DNA of 64,000 nt from Torpedo marmorata (Eukaryota): positions 71,176,001-71,240,000 of the forward strand of contig OZ360240.1 of the NCBI GenBank assembly GCA_977017645.1. The letters are read 5' to 3'. Of this stretch, positions 1 to 12,871 are shown one piece after another. The notes under the pieces are model-generated. The model was not told where the DNA came from. It was given only the letters and a program-made list of their open reading frames with translations, and did no database searches. Made by a program: the position numbers and the translations under genes. Position 1 is the stretch's first letter; each line of letters starts with the position of its first letter.

Positions 1-2000
1 AAGTATGGTCGAGGGAGGCGGAGGAGCGTCTGCAGGACTGCTTTGAATCGGTGGACTGGAACATATTCAAGAACATCCATACACCTGAATGAATATGCAC
101 AGGTGTCACCGACTTCATCAAGACCTGCGTGGATGAGTGTGTGCCCACGCGCAAATACCAGGTGTTCGCCAACCAGAAGCCCTGGATGAATCAGAGAATT
201 CGCAATCTGCTGAGTGCGAGAACAAGGGCGTTTAAGGCCGGGGATCGGGATCTTTACAAGAAGTCCAGGCACGACCTGCGGAAGGCCATCTCTGAAGCAA
301 AGTGGCAATTCCGGAGGAAGCTAGAGAGACAGATACACGCCAGCTATGGCAGGGAGTGCAGGCCATTACTGCCTGCAAAGTGAGGGCGAACACTATAGAT
401 GGCTGTGATGCTTCACTACCCGATGAGCTGAACACCTATGCCCGCTTTGAGAAGAAGAACCAGGACCCTGTGATATCTGTCTCCGAGGGTGACATCAGAA
501 CATCATTCAAGAGGGTGAACCCTCGCAAGGCGTCAGGCCCTGACGGCGTACTTGGCAGGGTACTAAAAATCTGCGCCAACCAACTAGCCGGAGTGTTCAC
601 GGATATTTTCAACCTCTCATTGCGGCAGTCAGAGGTTCCCACCTGCTTCAAAAGGGCATCAATCATCCCGGTACCCAAGAAGAGTAGTGTGGGCTGCCTC
701 AACGACTACCGCCCAGTAGCACTAACTTCTACTGTGATGAAATGCTTTGAGAGGCTAGTCATGGATAGAATTAACACGTACCTAAGCAAAGATCTGGACC
801 CACTGCAATTCGCCTATCGTCACAATCGCTCCGCAGCAGATGCAATATCGCTGGCTCTCCACTCAGCTCTGGATCACCTTGAAAACAGCAATTCATACAT
901 ATGGCTGCTCTTCATCGACTACAGCTCGGCCTTCAATACCATTATTCCCTCAGTGCTGGTCAAGAAGCTACAAACTCTAGGCCTCTGTACGCCCCTCTGC
1001 AACTGGATCCTTGACTTTCTCATCGGAAGACCACAGTCAGTACGAATTGGAAACGTCTCCTCCTCACTGATTATCAACACAGGCGCACCCCAAGGATGCA
1101 TGCTTAGCCCACTGCTCTACTCGTTATACACCCATGATTGTGTGGCCAGGCACAATTCCAATGCCATCCACAAGTTTGCCGATGACACCACAGTTGTCGG
1201 CAGAATCACAAATGGCAATGAGGAAGCGTACAGGAAGGAGATAGATCAGCTCGTTGAATGGTGTAACAACAACCTTGCACTCAACGTCAGAAAAACCAAG
1301 GAGATGATTGTGGACTTCAGGAGGAAGTCAGGGGAACACGACCCAGTGCTCATCGAGGGCTCAGTAGTGGAGAGGGTCAAGAACTTCAAATTCCTGGGTG
1401 TCAACATCTCCGAGGATCTGTCCTGGAGCCTCCACGTTGATGCAATCACAAAGAAGGCTCGCCAGCGGCTATACTTTGTGAGGTGTCTGAGGAGATTCGG
1501 TATGTCACCGAAGACTCTCGTAAACTTCTACAGGTGTACCGTGGAGAGCATTCTGGCTGGTTGCGTCACTGCCTGGTATGGAGGCGCCAACTCTCAGGAC
1601 AAGAATAAACTCCAGAGGGTTGTTAACTCGGCCTGTGACATCACAGGCACCAGACTTCACTCCATCGAGGACATCTACATGAGGCGGTGTCTTAAAAAAG
1701 CAGCCTCTATCCTCAAAGACCCCCACCACCCAGGCTATGCCCTCTTCACTCTGCTACTATCGGGAAAAAGGTACAGGAGCCTTAAGTCAAGCACTCAACG
1801 GCACAAGGACAGCTTCTTCCCCGCTGCCATCAGATTCCTGAATAATCAATGAACCAAAGACACCGCCTTACTTTTCGTGCACTATTATACTTTTTTAAAA
1901 TAATGTTGTAAGATGGTTATAATATGAATGTTTGCACTATGATGCTGCCGCAAAACACCGAATTTCATGACTCGTTCATGACAATAAATTCTGATTCTGA
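1..2000 (+). mobile_element. Rex1/Babar-clade non-LTR retrotransposon (RT region and 3' UTR), frameshifted near 300-380, cut by the window edge
   Basis: ORF 302-1852 has [42 protein letters not shown] and ends ...[11 protein letters not shown]; tail gacaataaattctgattctga. Confidence 0.9.
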
Positions 2001-3790
2001 TCTGGTGGTCAGCATGGACTTAATGGGCTGAATAGCTCATTATCTGTGTTGTATGATCCCAAGAGATCCTGTTGGGAGTCCGTGGCAGGGCCAGGATCAG
2101 CAAACTGCATCTACCACACTGAAGACAACTTACTGACAAGCAGCCCCGAGTAGGTTTCTCACTCTTCCAATGCTGATCAAAGTTCATTGACATACTGCCT
2201 GACCTGCTGAGTTTTTCCAGCATCTTCTTGTATTTCAGAACTTCAGCATCTGCAGATCTTTGCTCCAATTCGGTCACCACCCTTATTTGCAAAAGCAGGT
2301 GGTGGTGAATTGCAGTCACTTTCATTGTGCTAAAAGTTCCAAGGTCTTCCCTAGTAATGATGATGAGATTGCAAGTTTCATCCTCTGAGAGTACGGTATA
2401 TTTAATTTAAATTTTTTAAAGGATGTAGATGCTTTGGAGAGGGTGCAGAGGAGTTTTTCTAGGATGTTGCCCGGGTTGCAGAATGTCTTATGAAGCAAGG
2501 TTGACAGAGCTAGGGCTTTTTCCTTTGGAGTGACGAAGGAGGAGAGGTGACAATAGAGTGTACAAGATTATGAGAGGCTTAGATAGGGTGGATTGCTGGG
2601 GCGACATTAGCAAATACTATCTGCTTAAAGTGAGTGGAGGAAAGTTTAGAAGATGTCAGAGGGAAGAATTTAAACTGAAACAGTGGTGGTTGCTTGGAAT
2701 GCATTGTCAGAGGTAGTTGTGGGCTATTCAAAAGACTCTTCAACGGGCACATGGATGCAAGATAAATAGAGGGTTATAGGTATGAGGTAGGGAAGGGTTA
2801 GGTTGTTGTTGATCAGGTTTAAGAGGTCGGCACAACATTGTGGGCTGAAGGGGCTGTACTGCACTGTAATGATCTATGTTCTTAATTTAGAGATACTGCA
2901 TGGTAACAGACCCTTCCAACCCATGCCACACAAATACACCCATGTGACCGATTAACCTACCGACCACGTAAATCTTTGGAACGTGGGAGGAAACTTGAGT
3001 ACCTGGAGGAAATCCACGTGGTCACGAGGAGAATGTACAAACTACTTGCAGACAGTAGTGGATTCGAAACCGGTTCGCTGGCGTTGTGATAGCGTTGCAC
3101 TAACTGCTACGCTAACTGTGCCGCCCAGTATGTACGAAGGGAGAGGATGTTCAATAAGCCTGGCTTCTTCTTGTCAGGTGGTAGAGCTTGGAGGTTTTTG
3201 TCCTTGCTGAAAGTTGTTAAAATACCCACTGTCTGACTTTGGGAGAGGTAATTACCGCTTCTTGCTTTTCTTAACCCATCTTGGAAGTCATTGACCACAC
3301 GAACTTCCCACAACATCATTCAGCTGATTCCATTCATGTCCACCCAGTCCTGGCAGAGTGCCCATTTATGGCCGCTCGCTGCAGTTACCTCGGGGCCCTT
3401 CTTTGGGATATTTTCTTCCTCTCATTACCCTGCTCGTTTGAAAACACAGTGCCAGCTTTCACACGGCTGCTAACACACCTGACTCAGACTCCACACCACC
3501 TCCATCGACCTTTACACCACCTCTCCTTGTCAAACATCTGTTTCAACGCCTGATGCTTTATGACCAGGACAGCTGTCCAAACACAGAGGGTGAAGCCACC
3601 GTCTTCAACTTCCTTTCCCAGATTCAACTCTACCCTCCTTTCCAGAACTGTCCAAACTCAATTTCCATTGACAAGCCCTGGCTGGAATCTGGAACCCACT
3701 GCCTGTGGAAGTGGGTTCCGTCGTGGCCTTTAAGAGGGACTTGGATAAATAAATGGCACGGAAAAATTTGCATCCTCGGAATAAGGGGCA

Positions 3791-4768
3791 GGAAGACCAG
3801 AGTCAGTACGAATTGGAAACAACGTCTCCTCCTCACTGATTATCAACACAGGCGCACCCCAAGGATGCGTGCTTAGCCCACTGCTCTACTCGTTATACAC
3901 CCATGATTGTGTGGCCAGGCACAATTCCAATGCCATCCACAAGTTTGCCGATGACACCACAGTTGTCGGCAGAATCACAAATGGCAATGAGGAAGCGTAC
4001 AGGAAGGAGATAGATCAGCTCGTTGAATGGTGTAACAACAACCTTGCACTCAACGTCAGAAAAACCAAGGAGATGATTGTGGACTTCAGGAGGAAGTCAG
4101 GGGAACACGACCCAGTGCTCATCGAGGGCTCAGTAGTGGAGAGGGTCAAGAACTTCAAATTCCTGGGTGTCAACATCTCCGAGGATCTGTCCTGGAGCCT
4201 CCACGTTGATGCAATCACAAAGAAGGCTCGCCAGCGGCTATACTTTGTGAGGTGTCTGAGGAGATTCGGTATGTCACCGAAGACTCTCGTAAACTTCTAC
4301 AGGTGTACCGTGGAGAGCATTCTGGCTGGTTGCGTCACTGCCTGGTATGGAGGCACCAACTCTCAGGACAAGAATAAACTCCAGAGGGTTGTTAACTCGG
4401 CCTGTGACATCACAGGCACCAGACTTCACTCCATCGAGGACATCTACATGAGGCGGTGTCTTAAAAAAGCAGCCTCTATCCTCAAAGACCCCCACCACCC
4501 AGGCTATGCCCTCTTCACTCTGCTACTATCGGGAAAATGGTACAGGAGCCTTAAGTCAAGCACTCAACGGCACAAGGACAGCTTCTTCCCCGCTGCCATC
4601 AGATTCCTGAATAATCAATGAACCAAAGACACCGCCTTACTTTTCGTGCACTATTATACTTTTTAAAAATAATGTTGTAAGATGGTTATAATATGAATGT
4701 TTGCACTATGATGCTGCCGCAAAACACCAAATTTCATGACTTGTTTGTTCATGACAATAAATTCTGAA
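3791..4768 (+). mobile_element. 5'-truncated Rex1/Babar copy, nearly identical to 1026-2000
   Basis: ORF 3869-4621 is almost identical to the C-terminal half of ORF 302-1852; same 3' UTR. Confidence 0.9.
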
Positions 4769-5950
4769 TGGTATAAGTAGTGAGTTGTTCTGGTACAGAG
4801 CCAATGCAATGGGCTGAATTGTCTCTGTGCAGTAGAACCATACGATCCTATACCTTTACCTGGATGGTGTTAAACTTCAAGTGTTGGAGCTGCATTCATC
4901 CAGATAAGTGGAGCACATTCCATCCGACCCCAACTTGTACCTTCGCAGAGAAAGGCTTTGGGGAATCAGATCATAAAAATGACCTTTCAGAACACCAAAT
5001 CTCTGAAGATTTAATGTAGGCTCAGGACCTATGCAGCTGGTATAGTTAGGTTACTGATGTTTCTCAAGAGTTTGTTCAGAGGATATTTGGCAATCATTAT
5101 GGCTTTGAATGTCAGTGAAAGGTGGCTGTCCTCAAAGATGCAGATGGTGGTTGCCATGGTCCATCAGGCAGGGGTGATCTGTGCTCTTCTGTCCACAAAG
5201 ACATGGACAACCAACAGGCAACCCTACTCTCTCACTGCTCCCACCAAGCTATCTTCGTGTCTACTGGCATGAGAGCAAACTGATGTTAGCATCTTCTCCC
5301 AGGTCAACACATTGCCACCCAGGCTCTGATCTTGCTCAGCCAGCTGCAATGGGCTTCCAAAGCTGGCACTGCCCCAGGCTCTGTCACAGAAAGGATGCTT
5401 TTCAAAATCAGTGTTACGTCCTCACCAGCTCTGGCCCTTGATCAATCAAAATGGAGGTAGTGTACCCGGAATGACAGCGAGAAGGAAGGTGTAAAAATCA
5501 GTGCAGCATCTCTCCTTCTCCTCACCTATCTGCCCAAGCACCCTCCACCATAGCCAAGGCAGAGTCTGTGACCCTCAACAACCACCTCAGAACTGAGTGA
5601 AAACAAGTCATCCTTGACCCAAAGAGACTGCTGAGATTTGCACCTTTTAGAGAATAAAGGATCAAAGAGAGTCAGAAAGTGAATTGTGTTCCACAGAAGA
5701 CACAGCCTGATGTGCCTTTGTGTCTACAGTGTTCATGTGGGAGCATTATTGACCTGAAATTAAGTTAAACCAACCACAATATTGTGCAAACACGAGAGGG
5801 TTATGGGTGTGAGATAGGAAAGGATTAGATTGTTGTGGAGCCGGTTTACACAGCACAACACCGTGGGCTGAAGGGACTTTCCTGTGCTGTGATGTTCTAC
5901 ATTCTAATATTGAATACAGGGGAATGAACCACTAGAAATGGTTAGACATA

Positions 5951-6232
5951 CAGGTATTCCTCAACTTACGTCCGTGGTCCGTTCTGACCGACCGGTCGTA
6001 TCTCGAAATGGACGCACGTCGGAAATTCACTGTATCTGTGTTATCGTTCATCAAATACAACATGGCGGCCAGCTCTCACGAGGTTGGCCACCCCTGCCAT
6101 AGGCGTTATTTTCCATAGATAGGCCCCTACTTTCACCCTTAAAAGCGTAATTTTAATATTTTTTCTTTATTTAAAAAAAAATTCCGTCGTATGTACGTAT
6201 GTACGCATAGGTTGTAAGTCGAGGAATACCCG
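5951..6232. mobile_element. Tc1/mariner (Tigger/pogo-like) MITE
   Basis: TIRs CAGGTATTCCTCAACTTAC / GTAAGTCGAGGAATACCCG flanked by TA. Confidence 0.8.
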
Positions 6233-6620
6233 TAGTTCTTGTCTGGTAGCAGTAATTGTTAGGAAGAAATGTTACTAGTTTCTTGGTCATGGTGAGCACC
6301 GTTCTGACCGACCGGTCGTATCTCGAAATGGACGCACGTCGGAAATTCACTGTATCTGTGTTATTGTTCATCAAATACAACATGGCGGCCAGCTCTCACG
6401 AGGTTGGCCACCCCTGCCATAGGCGTTATTTTCCATAGATAGGCCCCTACTTTCACCCTTAAAAGCGTAATTTTAATATTTTTTCTTTATTTAAAAAAAA
6501 ATTCCGTCGTATGTACGTATGTACGCATAGGTTGTAAGTCGAGGAATACCTGTAGTTCTTGTCTGGTAGCAGTAATTGTTAGGAAGAAATGTTACTAGTT
6601 TCTTGGTCATGGTGAGCACC
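5981..6620 (+). repeat. 320-bp direct tandem duplication
   Basis: 5981-6300 and 6301-6620 match except for two C/T differences. Confidence 0.95.
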
Positions 6621-7539
6621 AAACACGGGCAAACAGAAGACTTCATTACCCCAGGAGTTGGGATGGAAGTGAACATCATTTCTGAGCTTCTACTGAAGGA
6701 CAGATCATTGACAAAGCAACAGCCACTGCTCTCAACGATGAGAGATCAATGAACTGCAGATGCTGGAAATCTGAAATAGAAACAGAAAATATTGAAAATA
6801 CTCAGGTCAGGCCACATGTGTGGGAAGAGAAACAGAGTTAACGTTTTAGGTCAAAAACCTGTCAGAACTGAGACAAAAGAAGCTTGTTAAGATGCAGTGA
6901 AAGTGGGGGGAAAGGGATGTCTCTATCAGAGTAAAACCAGGGTGACCATGGATATAAGCCATAAACAAGGTTATCTGGGAGTATTTAGAGCATGAGAATG
7001 CAGACAAAAAATAAAACCAGACAAACTGCAGGGGTTGTGAAATGCAGGGAAGGAAAACACGCCCATCTGGCCAGGGGGTGGAAGTTAGCATCAAGTCCAG
7101 AGCACTTGTTGGGCCTCATTGTAACAGTGCAGGAGGTCACAGTTCAAGGCAGCAGATGTATCAGACTTCAGAAATTCTCACCATCAGTTCAAACTGGAAG
7201 AATGGAACATAGGAGGGTGGGATGAAGAGAAGTTGAGATAGCTGTGGGAGTCTGTAGGGTAGTAATGAATTTTAGCCCATCCCTCCGCTCATATCCCTAC
7301 TCTCTTACTGCTCCCACTCATCTCCATGGTCATCCTGGTTTTACCCGAGTCGTTCCTCACCTCAAACTTGAGAAGCTTCTCTGGTCTCCTCCTTATGCTG
7401 ACAAATGGTTTTTGACCTGCAACATCAAGTCTGCTTCTCTACCACAGATCTGACTTGCTGAGTATTTCCAGCATTTTGTTTGTAATCCACCAATCCTGAC
7501 TTTCCTGTCTCTATCTTGGCTATCTCTTTCATAATTGTG

Positions 7540-9400
7540 TTTCCATTGGATCCCCTCTCATTCTTCTAAATTAAAGCGAGTCTAGTCCCTCTCCTCTTAG
7601 GCTAACCACCTCAACTCTGGAATCAGCCTGGTGAACATTCTCTGCACCGCCTCCAAAGCCAGTATATCTTTTCTCAAGTTAGGAGGCCAGAAATGCACAA
7701 GTACACCAGATGCGGCCTCACCAGTACCCTGTTCAAATGCAGCAGAATCTCCCCGCTCTTAAATTCACTCCCTCTGGCAATGAAAGATAACATCCCATTT
7801 GCTTTCTTGATAACTTTCCCGCTGCACCTGCAAACTAACCTTTTGCGATTTAATGCACAAGTACTCCCAAGTCCCTCTGCACAACGGCATGCTGCAATTT
7901 TTCACCATTTAAATAATAATTTACTATTTTTCCTTCCAAAGTGGATTGTTCTCCATCTGCCAGACCCTTGAGCACCCTATCACTCCACTGAGTTTCCGCA
8001 TCCACTGCAGAATTAGTTTTCCCACTGTTATGGACCATAACTGACCATTTGGACTGCGGACGGTCAGCAGGAAGGATGAAGTCTTTTGGAGTACACACTG
8101 GGACCTGGTACTGAAGGAGTTAACTTGCCCAGGACTTCTTGTATTTACCAGAGAGAGGCACCAGGGGGAGACAAACTGTGGAAAAAGATACTTGGTTGTT
8201 GAACTTTTAAAAAGGGAACTGGAGACTCTCTGCAGGAAGGCCTAAAAGTTCAGTCGTGAAAAATTTAATCAGTGGCAGTTTTGGAGTTGCAAAGGCGGGA
8301 GAACTCAGCAGGATCCAGGCTTGTGCATCCCAGAGAAGAGGTTGGGAGAAGAACACAGAGCCTCTTGAATTAGAAAATCCAGGCTTGTGCATCCCAGAGG
8401 AAAAGTTTGGGACCAGAGGCAAGGCCTTGGTGATTCAGCAAAATCCTGAGTTGAGAGCAGCTTTTGTGAAGAACAGGCTGTGAGATCCAAGAATACGCCT
8501 CAATCCAAAACGGATCTGGATTCGCAATCCTTGTGAAAACACCAGAAGGGAAAGTCATCAGAGAAGAAAAGCAAGTCAAGCATTCGTAAGCATAAACAGT
8601 CATTGTCTCTCTCTCCAACATTCATTAAGAAGTCCTGCTTGCCAGCACACAGAGCTGAATTTGGACCCTAAACATAGAGAGTGAATTTTTGTGGACTGTA
8701 TTTTTGGGACTGACTTGTTTTTATGACTGATCTAGAGTTTTTGGAGAAAGTTTTTCCATTTTTACATGAGGGTTGGGCACAGACTGTAATGGTCTGAGCT
8801 TTACACACACCTTTTAGATAAGAATAGTGTTTATAGACGTTTATAGTGGGGTTAATTGTTGTGAAATTATATGTTTAATTGTCTTTAATAAATATAAATT
8901 TCAATTTTACCCCTTTTGCATTGCGTCTTCTGTTATTGCTGGTTTGAATTTGTAACACCACTCAATTTAATATCATCAGCAAACTTAGATACTAAGACTT
9001 AGTGCCCTCTTCCAAATCGTTAATGTATATTGTGAACAGTTGCGGGCCCAGCACCGACCTCTGCGACACTCCACTCACCACTGATTGCCAACCAGAGAAA
9101 CACCCATTTCTCTCAACTCTGTGCCTTCTGTTGGTTAACCAATCGTTTATCTGTACTAATATATTATCCACAACTCCATGCATCCTTATCTTATGATGTT
9201 TTTTATATGCGGCACCTTCTGGAAATACAAGTACACAACATCCACCTGTTCCCTTCCATCCACTGTGCTCATTATATCCTTAAAGAACGCCAGTAGATTT
9301 GTCAAACATGACCTGCCCTTCCTGAATCCATGCTGTGTCTACCTGATGGAACAATTGCTATCCAGATGTCTCGCTATTTCTTCTTTAATACAAGCATTCA
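7540..9400 (-). mobile_element. CR1 LINE RT fragment split by a solo LTR; other CR1 3' fragments at about 2420-2880, 15790-16100, 16280-16470, 19700-20620, 20640-21105, 22470-23120 with 26555-27320, 30330-31735, 40300-40640 and 50400-51120
   Basis: Peptides GVSQRSVLGPQLFTIYINDLE and QRDLGVLVH; elsewhere RLGLYSL..RR.R.DLI.VY.I and TRGH.LK; CR1-type 3' UTR gggccgaagggcctgt.ctgtgctgta. Confidence 0.75.
8026..8957 (+). mobile_element. Solo LTR (932 bp) inserted in a CR1 fragment
   Basis: TGTTA...TAACA ends, 4-bp TSD ccac, AATAAA near 8887; second copy at 42780-43748. Confidence 0.88.
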
Positions 9401-9750
9401 AATCTTCTCGGGTTGTTCTCTTGGAGGACACACAGAAGTGAAAGAAACAGCAGGTAGGTCATTATAAGAAAAGCCTTTGTTTAGCATTACAGTTGATTAA
9501 TCTCTCATTAGCACAAATTCCCCATCCACCTTGTAACATTGTCAACACACGTGAATTGACAAGCTCTGCAAAATGAAGGTCAGATTCAAACATTCAAGTT
9601 ACAAAGCTACCAAGTTAAAGTTAAAACAGAATGTTGGGTATAATAGTTCCCTCCTTAAAAAGATTTAAATTAATCCATATGAGGAGTAGTGAGCCACAGG
9701 GCAAAGCAGTTTTATTAATGGAGCTGGAAGGGATACCTCAAGTACCAATA

Positions 9751-9980
9751 GCCTGAATACGACTGGGATTGTCTGATCTCGGAAGCTAAGCAGGCACAGG
9801 ACTGGTCAGTACTTGGAGGTGAGACCGCCTAGGAACACCAGGTGCTGTAGGTTTCTGTGAGGGATGCTGGACAAAGTAGTGACTCTCTGTCTGCCTTACG
9901 GTAGACAAAAATTAAAGAATTTCATGTATGTTACATACTAAATGTAGAATTACGTGACAATAATGGAACCTTTACCTTTA
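9751..9980 (+). mobile_element. 5S rRNA-derived SINE (SINE3-like)
   Basis: 9751-9853 aligns with 5S rRNA (GTCTGATCTCGGAAGCTAAGCAGG, AGTACTTGGA..GAGACCGCCT, GGTGCTGTAGG), followed by a non-5S body and the tail gtgacaataatggaacctttacctttac. Confidence 0.82.
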
Positions 9981-12097
9981 CAAAATGGAGATGTGGAGGT
10001 CAAATCAACCAGTGCAGGAAAGAGAGGCACAAGGATGTTGTACACAGTCTCTGAAGAAAACCAGAAGAAAAATAAAACACAAAGTGCATCACAGGAAGCA
10101 AGTAAACAGCTTGGGCAGGCTCCAACTTGCCCTTAGGACAGGGGGCTTTATGCAACAAAGAAGCAATGTAACCTTGAAGGTACATTGATCATCCCTCCCA
10201 ATTTCTGAATGAAAAATCAGATCCCACTTGATGACTGCAATCTCCACGATATCCTGGGAAATTGAGGAACATTTCCCACTGATGGACAGCACACAAATTG
10301 GAGCACATGCTTTCCCTATTTTGTATGTCTGGTCATGGGTCCAAGCCACATTAACAACCTAACAACCAATGAGGAGTACTCTTGACGCGTAGCAGTGCAT
10401 TAGCTGAGTTTTGCTGGAAGCCAGTGGCATCTTTCACCACTAAACTGCAGGACACCTGCACGACTCAAAGCGAGAATGAGAAGTCTTACACAGAGTGAGG
10501 AGCATCAAACTGACGAGCTAAGATCTGCATTCCAATTCTGGGCTGCACTGCTCCACTGACCTGAATGGGTTCCAGTGACACAGCTGGGTCTTGCCAACTC
10601 TCCACAGGTTATCCTGGAGAATCTGCACTTGGATTCTCTGGCTGAATGGTGTACTGTACTAACAACCTCTCGCTCAATGTCACCAAAACCAAGGAGCTGA
10701 TTCTTGATGTGCTGTAGCTCTGAAATAAATGACAAGGAATACTGTCTTCCCAGTCCCAGTTGTAAAATGAGTAGCCTGAACAGGTTTCTCCCACTCTACA
10801 AACATTGTACCATCTACAAACTGCATTGCAGTTACTTGCCCAAGCTACAACAACAGCCTTACCATCAGGAGAATGCGCGTGGAACCCCACCTGCAGATTC
10901 TCCTCCAAGACATACACCAGATTAATATGAAAATAAGTCATTGTTGCTGGGTCTAAATCCTGGAGCTCCCTCTGCAGCAGCACTGTGCGATCACCTTCAC
11001 CAGTTGTGCCATCAGTAAGGCGGCAGCTCACCGTCACGTTCTCAAGGAGAATTAAGAATGGGCAATGAATAGCAACCTTAACACAAAAACACAATCTATT
11101 GGAGGAACCTCAGCAGGTCGAGCAGCATCAGTGGGAAAAAAGAATGGTCGACGTTTCCGGCTGGAACCCTTCACCGATCTTAAGTGTTAACAATTCTTTT
11201 TCTCCCACAGATGTTGCTCAACCCACTGAGTTCCTCCAGCAGATGTTGCTCAACCCGCTGAGTTCCTCCACCAGATTGCCTTTTTGCTCCGGATTCCAGT
11301 GTCTGCAGCCTCCTGTGCCCCTTGACCTGAGCAATGATGCCTAGATCTTGAAAAAACAATTTCAAAGAGCTCTCGGAGAGTTGGTACAGGTCCCATGGCT
11401 GCAAGGTTTTTGTTTGTGTCAACATTCCTGCCATGATTTCACACTTGTTCAAAACAAGTACATGTTTGCAAACTTGAGGGTTTTCTGGATAAAAGTAACA
11501 CTGAGAAAGACGGTGTTGCTTGAGGGTAGATAATTGTCCAGATTAGATAACAGGAGAAATGGGAAATCTTTGCCCTCTGATTTGTGTGTGAATAGCCCAC
11601 TTATTGAAAAATACTTTAGCTTCACTAGATATTTTAGAATGGTATGGTGCCTTTGGACTTGAATGATCAGATTTCAGAATCGGTTAACCAGCTTAGCAGG
11701 TGTATTATTTTATTCCTCTACTTAAGACACATTTAATACTTACAACCATTTCAGTGTCTGAGATATTCATCCCAGTGAGGCTGCTTTCACTCTCATGGGC
11801 ACTAACCAAAAGCCTCATCCACATCATATCCTTCTTTGTTAGAAGAATCATAACTTTCTCCATCAAAACAGGTGCAAGAGTGGTCAACTTTAAAAAAAAA
11901 TCCTTTTGGAAATCCCATCTTATTATTAGCAAACTCAATTGAATAGAAATCCTAAAAGATAACAAATTAGGCCACAAAATACAAAAGGCCATTCATTGAC
12001 ACCAGAAGTGTCAATTTGAGTTAGAAATGTATTCGGTTACATTTTGGGATGCACACATCACAGGCTTTTCTTTACATTTCAAACCAGCATTTGATTA

Positions 12098-12713
12098 CAC
12101 CGGACAACAATATTTTTCAAAAGATTTGCTTTCTGAAAAAAAGTTGGGGACTATATATTGACAACTTCAAGCTGAATACAAAGATAATTTCAAATTTGCT
12201 GTATCGTGTAGGAAGTTGGAGAAACATTAAATTAACTTCTATTGAATTTTGCATGTTTAATTGCATAATGATGCTGACACATTGCATTAGTTCAACTGAC
12301 CTAAAAATGTTTTGCCGCTGATTTTCGTTTGTACTCAGCATCTGATGCCTCTAGTGTCAGTATCCAACAATAGTCGGACAGCATTGATGGATTCCAGTTG
12401 CCCTGATACCGCTTTTCCATGGTCGCAATGTCCTGGTGAAACATTTCACCATGTTCATCACTGACTGCACCAAGATCAGCAGGGAAGAAGTCCAAGTGCG
12501 AATGCAGAAAATGAATTTTCAATGACATGTTGCACTTCATGGTTTTGTATGCTTGAAGTAGACTTAAAATATGACAAGAAATCACAAAAATAGGTTATCG
12601 CTTAAAAAATGATACGTGGTAGGAAAATTTTAAGGTGATTTTCGTGATTAGCAGCACAAAATCCATAAAATACACCAAAAGTGTATAGAAAGCAAAATCT
12701 TCATTGTCCAGTG
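12098..12713 (-). mobile_element. Chapaev3-type (CMC superfamily) DNA transposon, internally deleted, 616 bp
   Basis: TIRs CACCGGACAA / TTGTCCAGTG, 3-bp TSD tta; transposase C-terminal peptide SLKIHFLHSHLDFFPADLGAVSDEHGEMFHQDI...YCW. Confidence 0.8.
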
Positions 12714-12787
12714 TTATTAATTAAATTGTAGACAATATATTCATACTTTTGAAGTAATTACATATCACAACACTTGGGTCACTTATT

Positions 12788-12871
12788 AAAGGTAAAGGTT
12801 CCATTATTGTCACGTAATACTACTGTGCCTGCTTAGCTTCCGAGATCAGACAATCCCAGTCGTATTCAGGC
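12788..12871 (-). mobile_element. Internally deleted copy of the 5S-derived SINE
   Basis: Minus strand: gcctgaatacgactgggattgtctgatctcggaagctaagcaggcacag joined to tagtattacgtgacaataatggaacctttacctt. Confidence 0.8.

Noticed and set aside
302-1852. Domesticated or active RT gene (516 aa)
   Set aside because: The ORF starts at a non-ATG codon after a frameshift, has small deletions relative to sister copies and lacks an in-frame endonuclease; it is a young dead Rex1 copy.
9751-9853. Functional 5S rRNA gene
   Set aside because: It lacks the first ~16 nt, has many substitutions, is not in an array, and is fused to a SINE body and tail.
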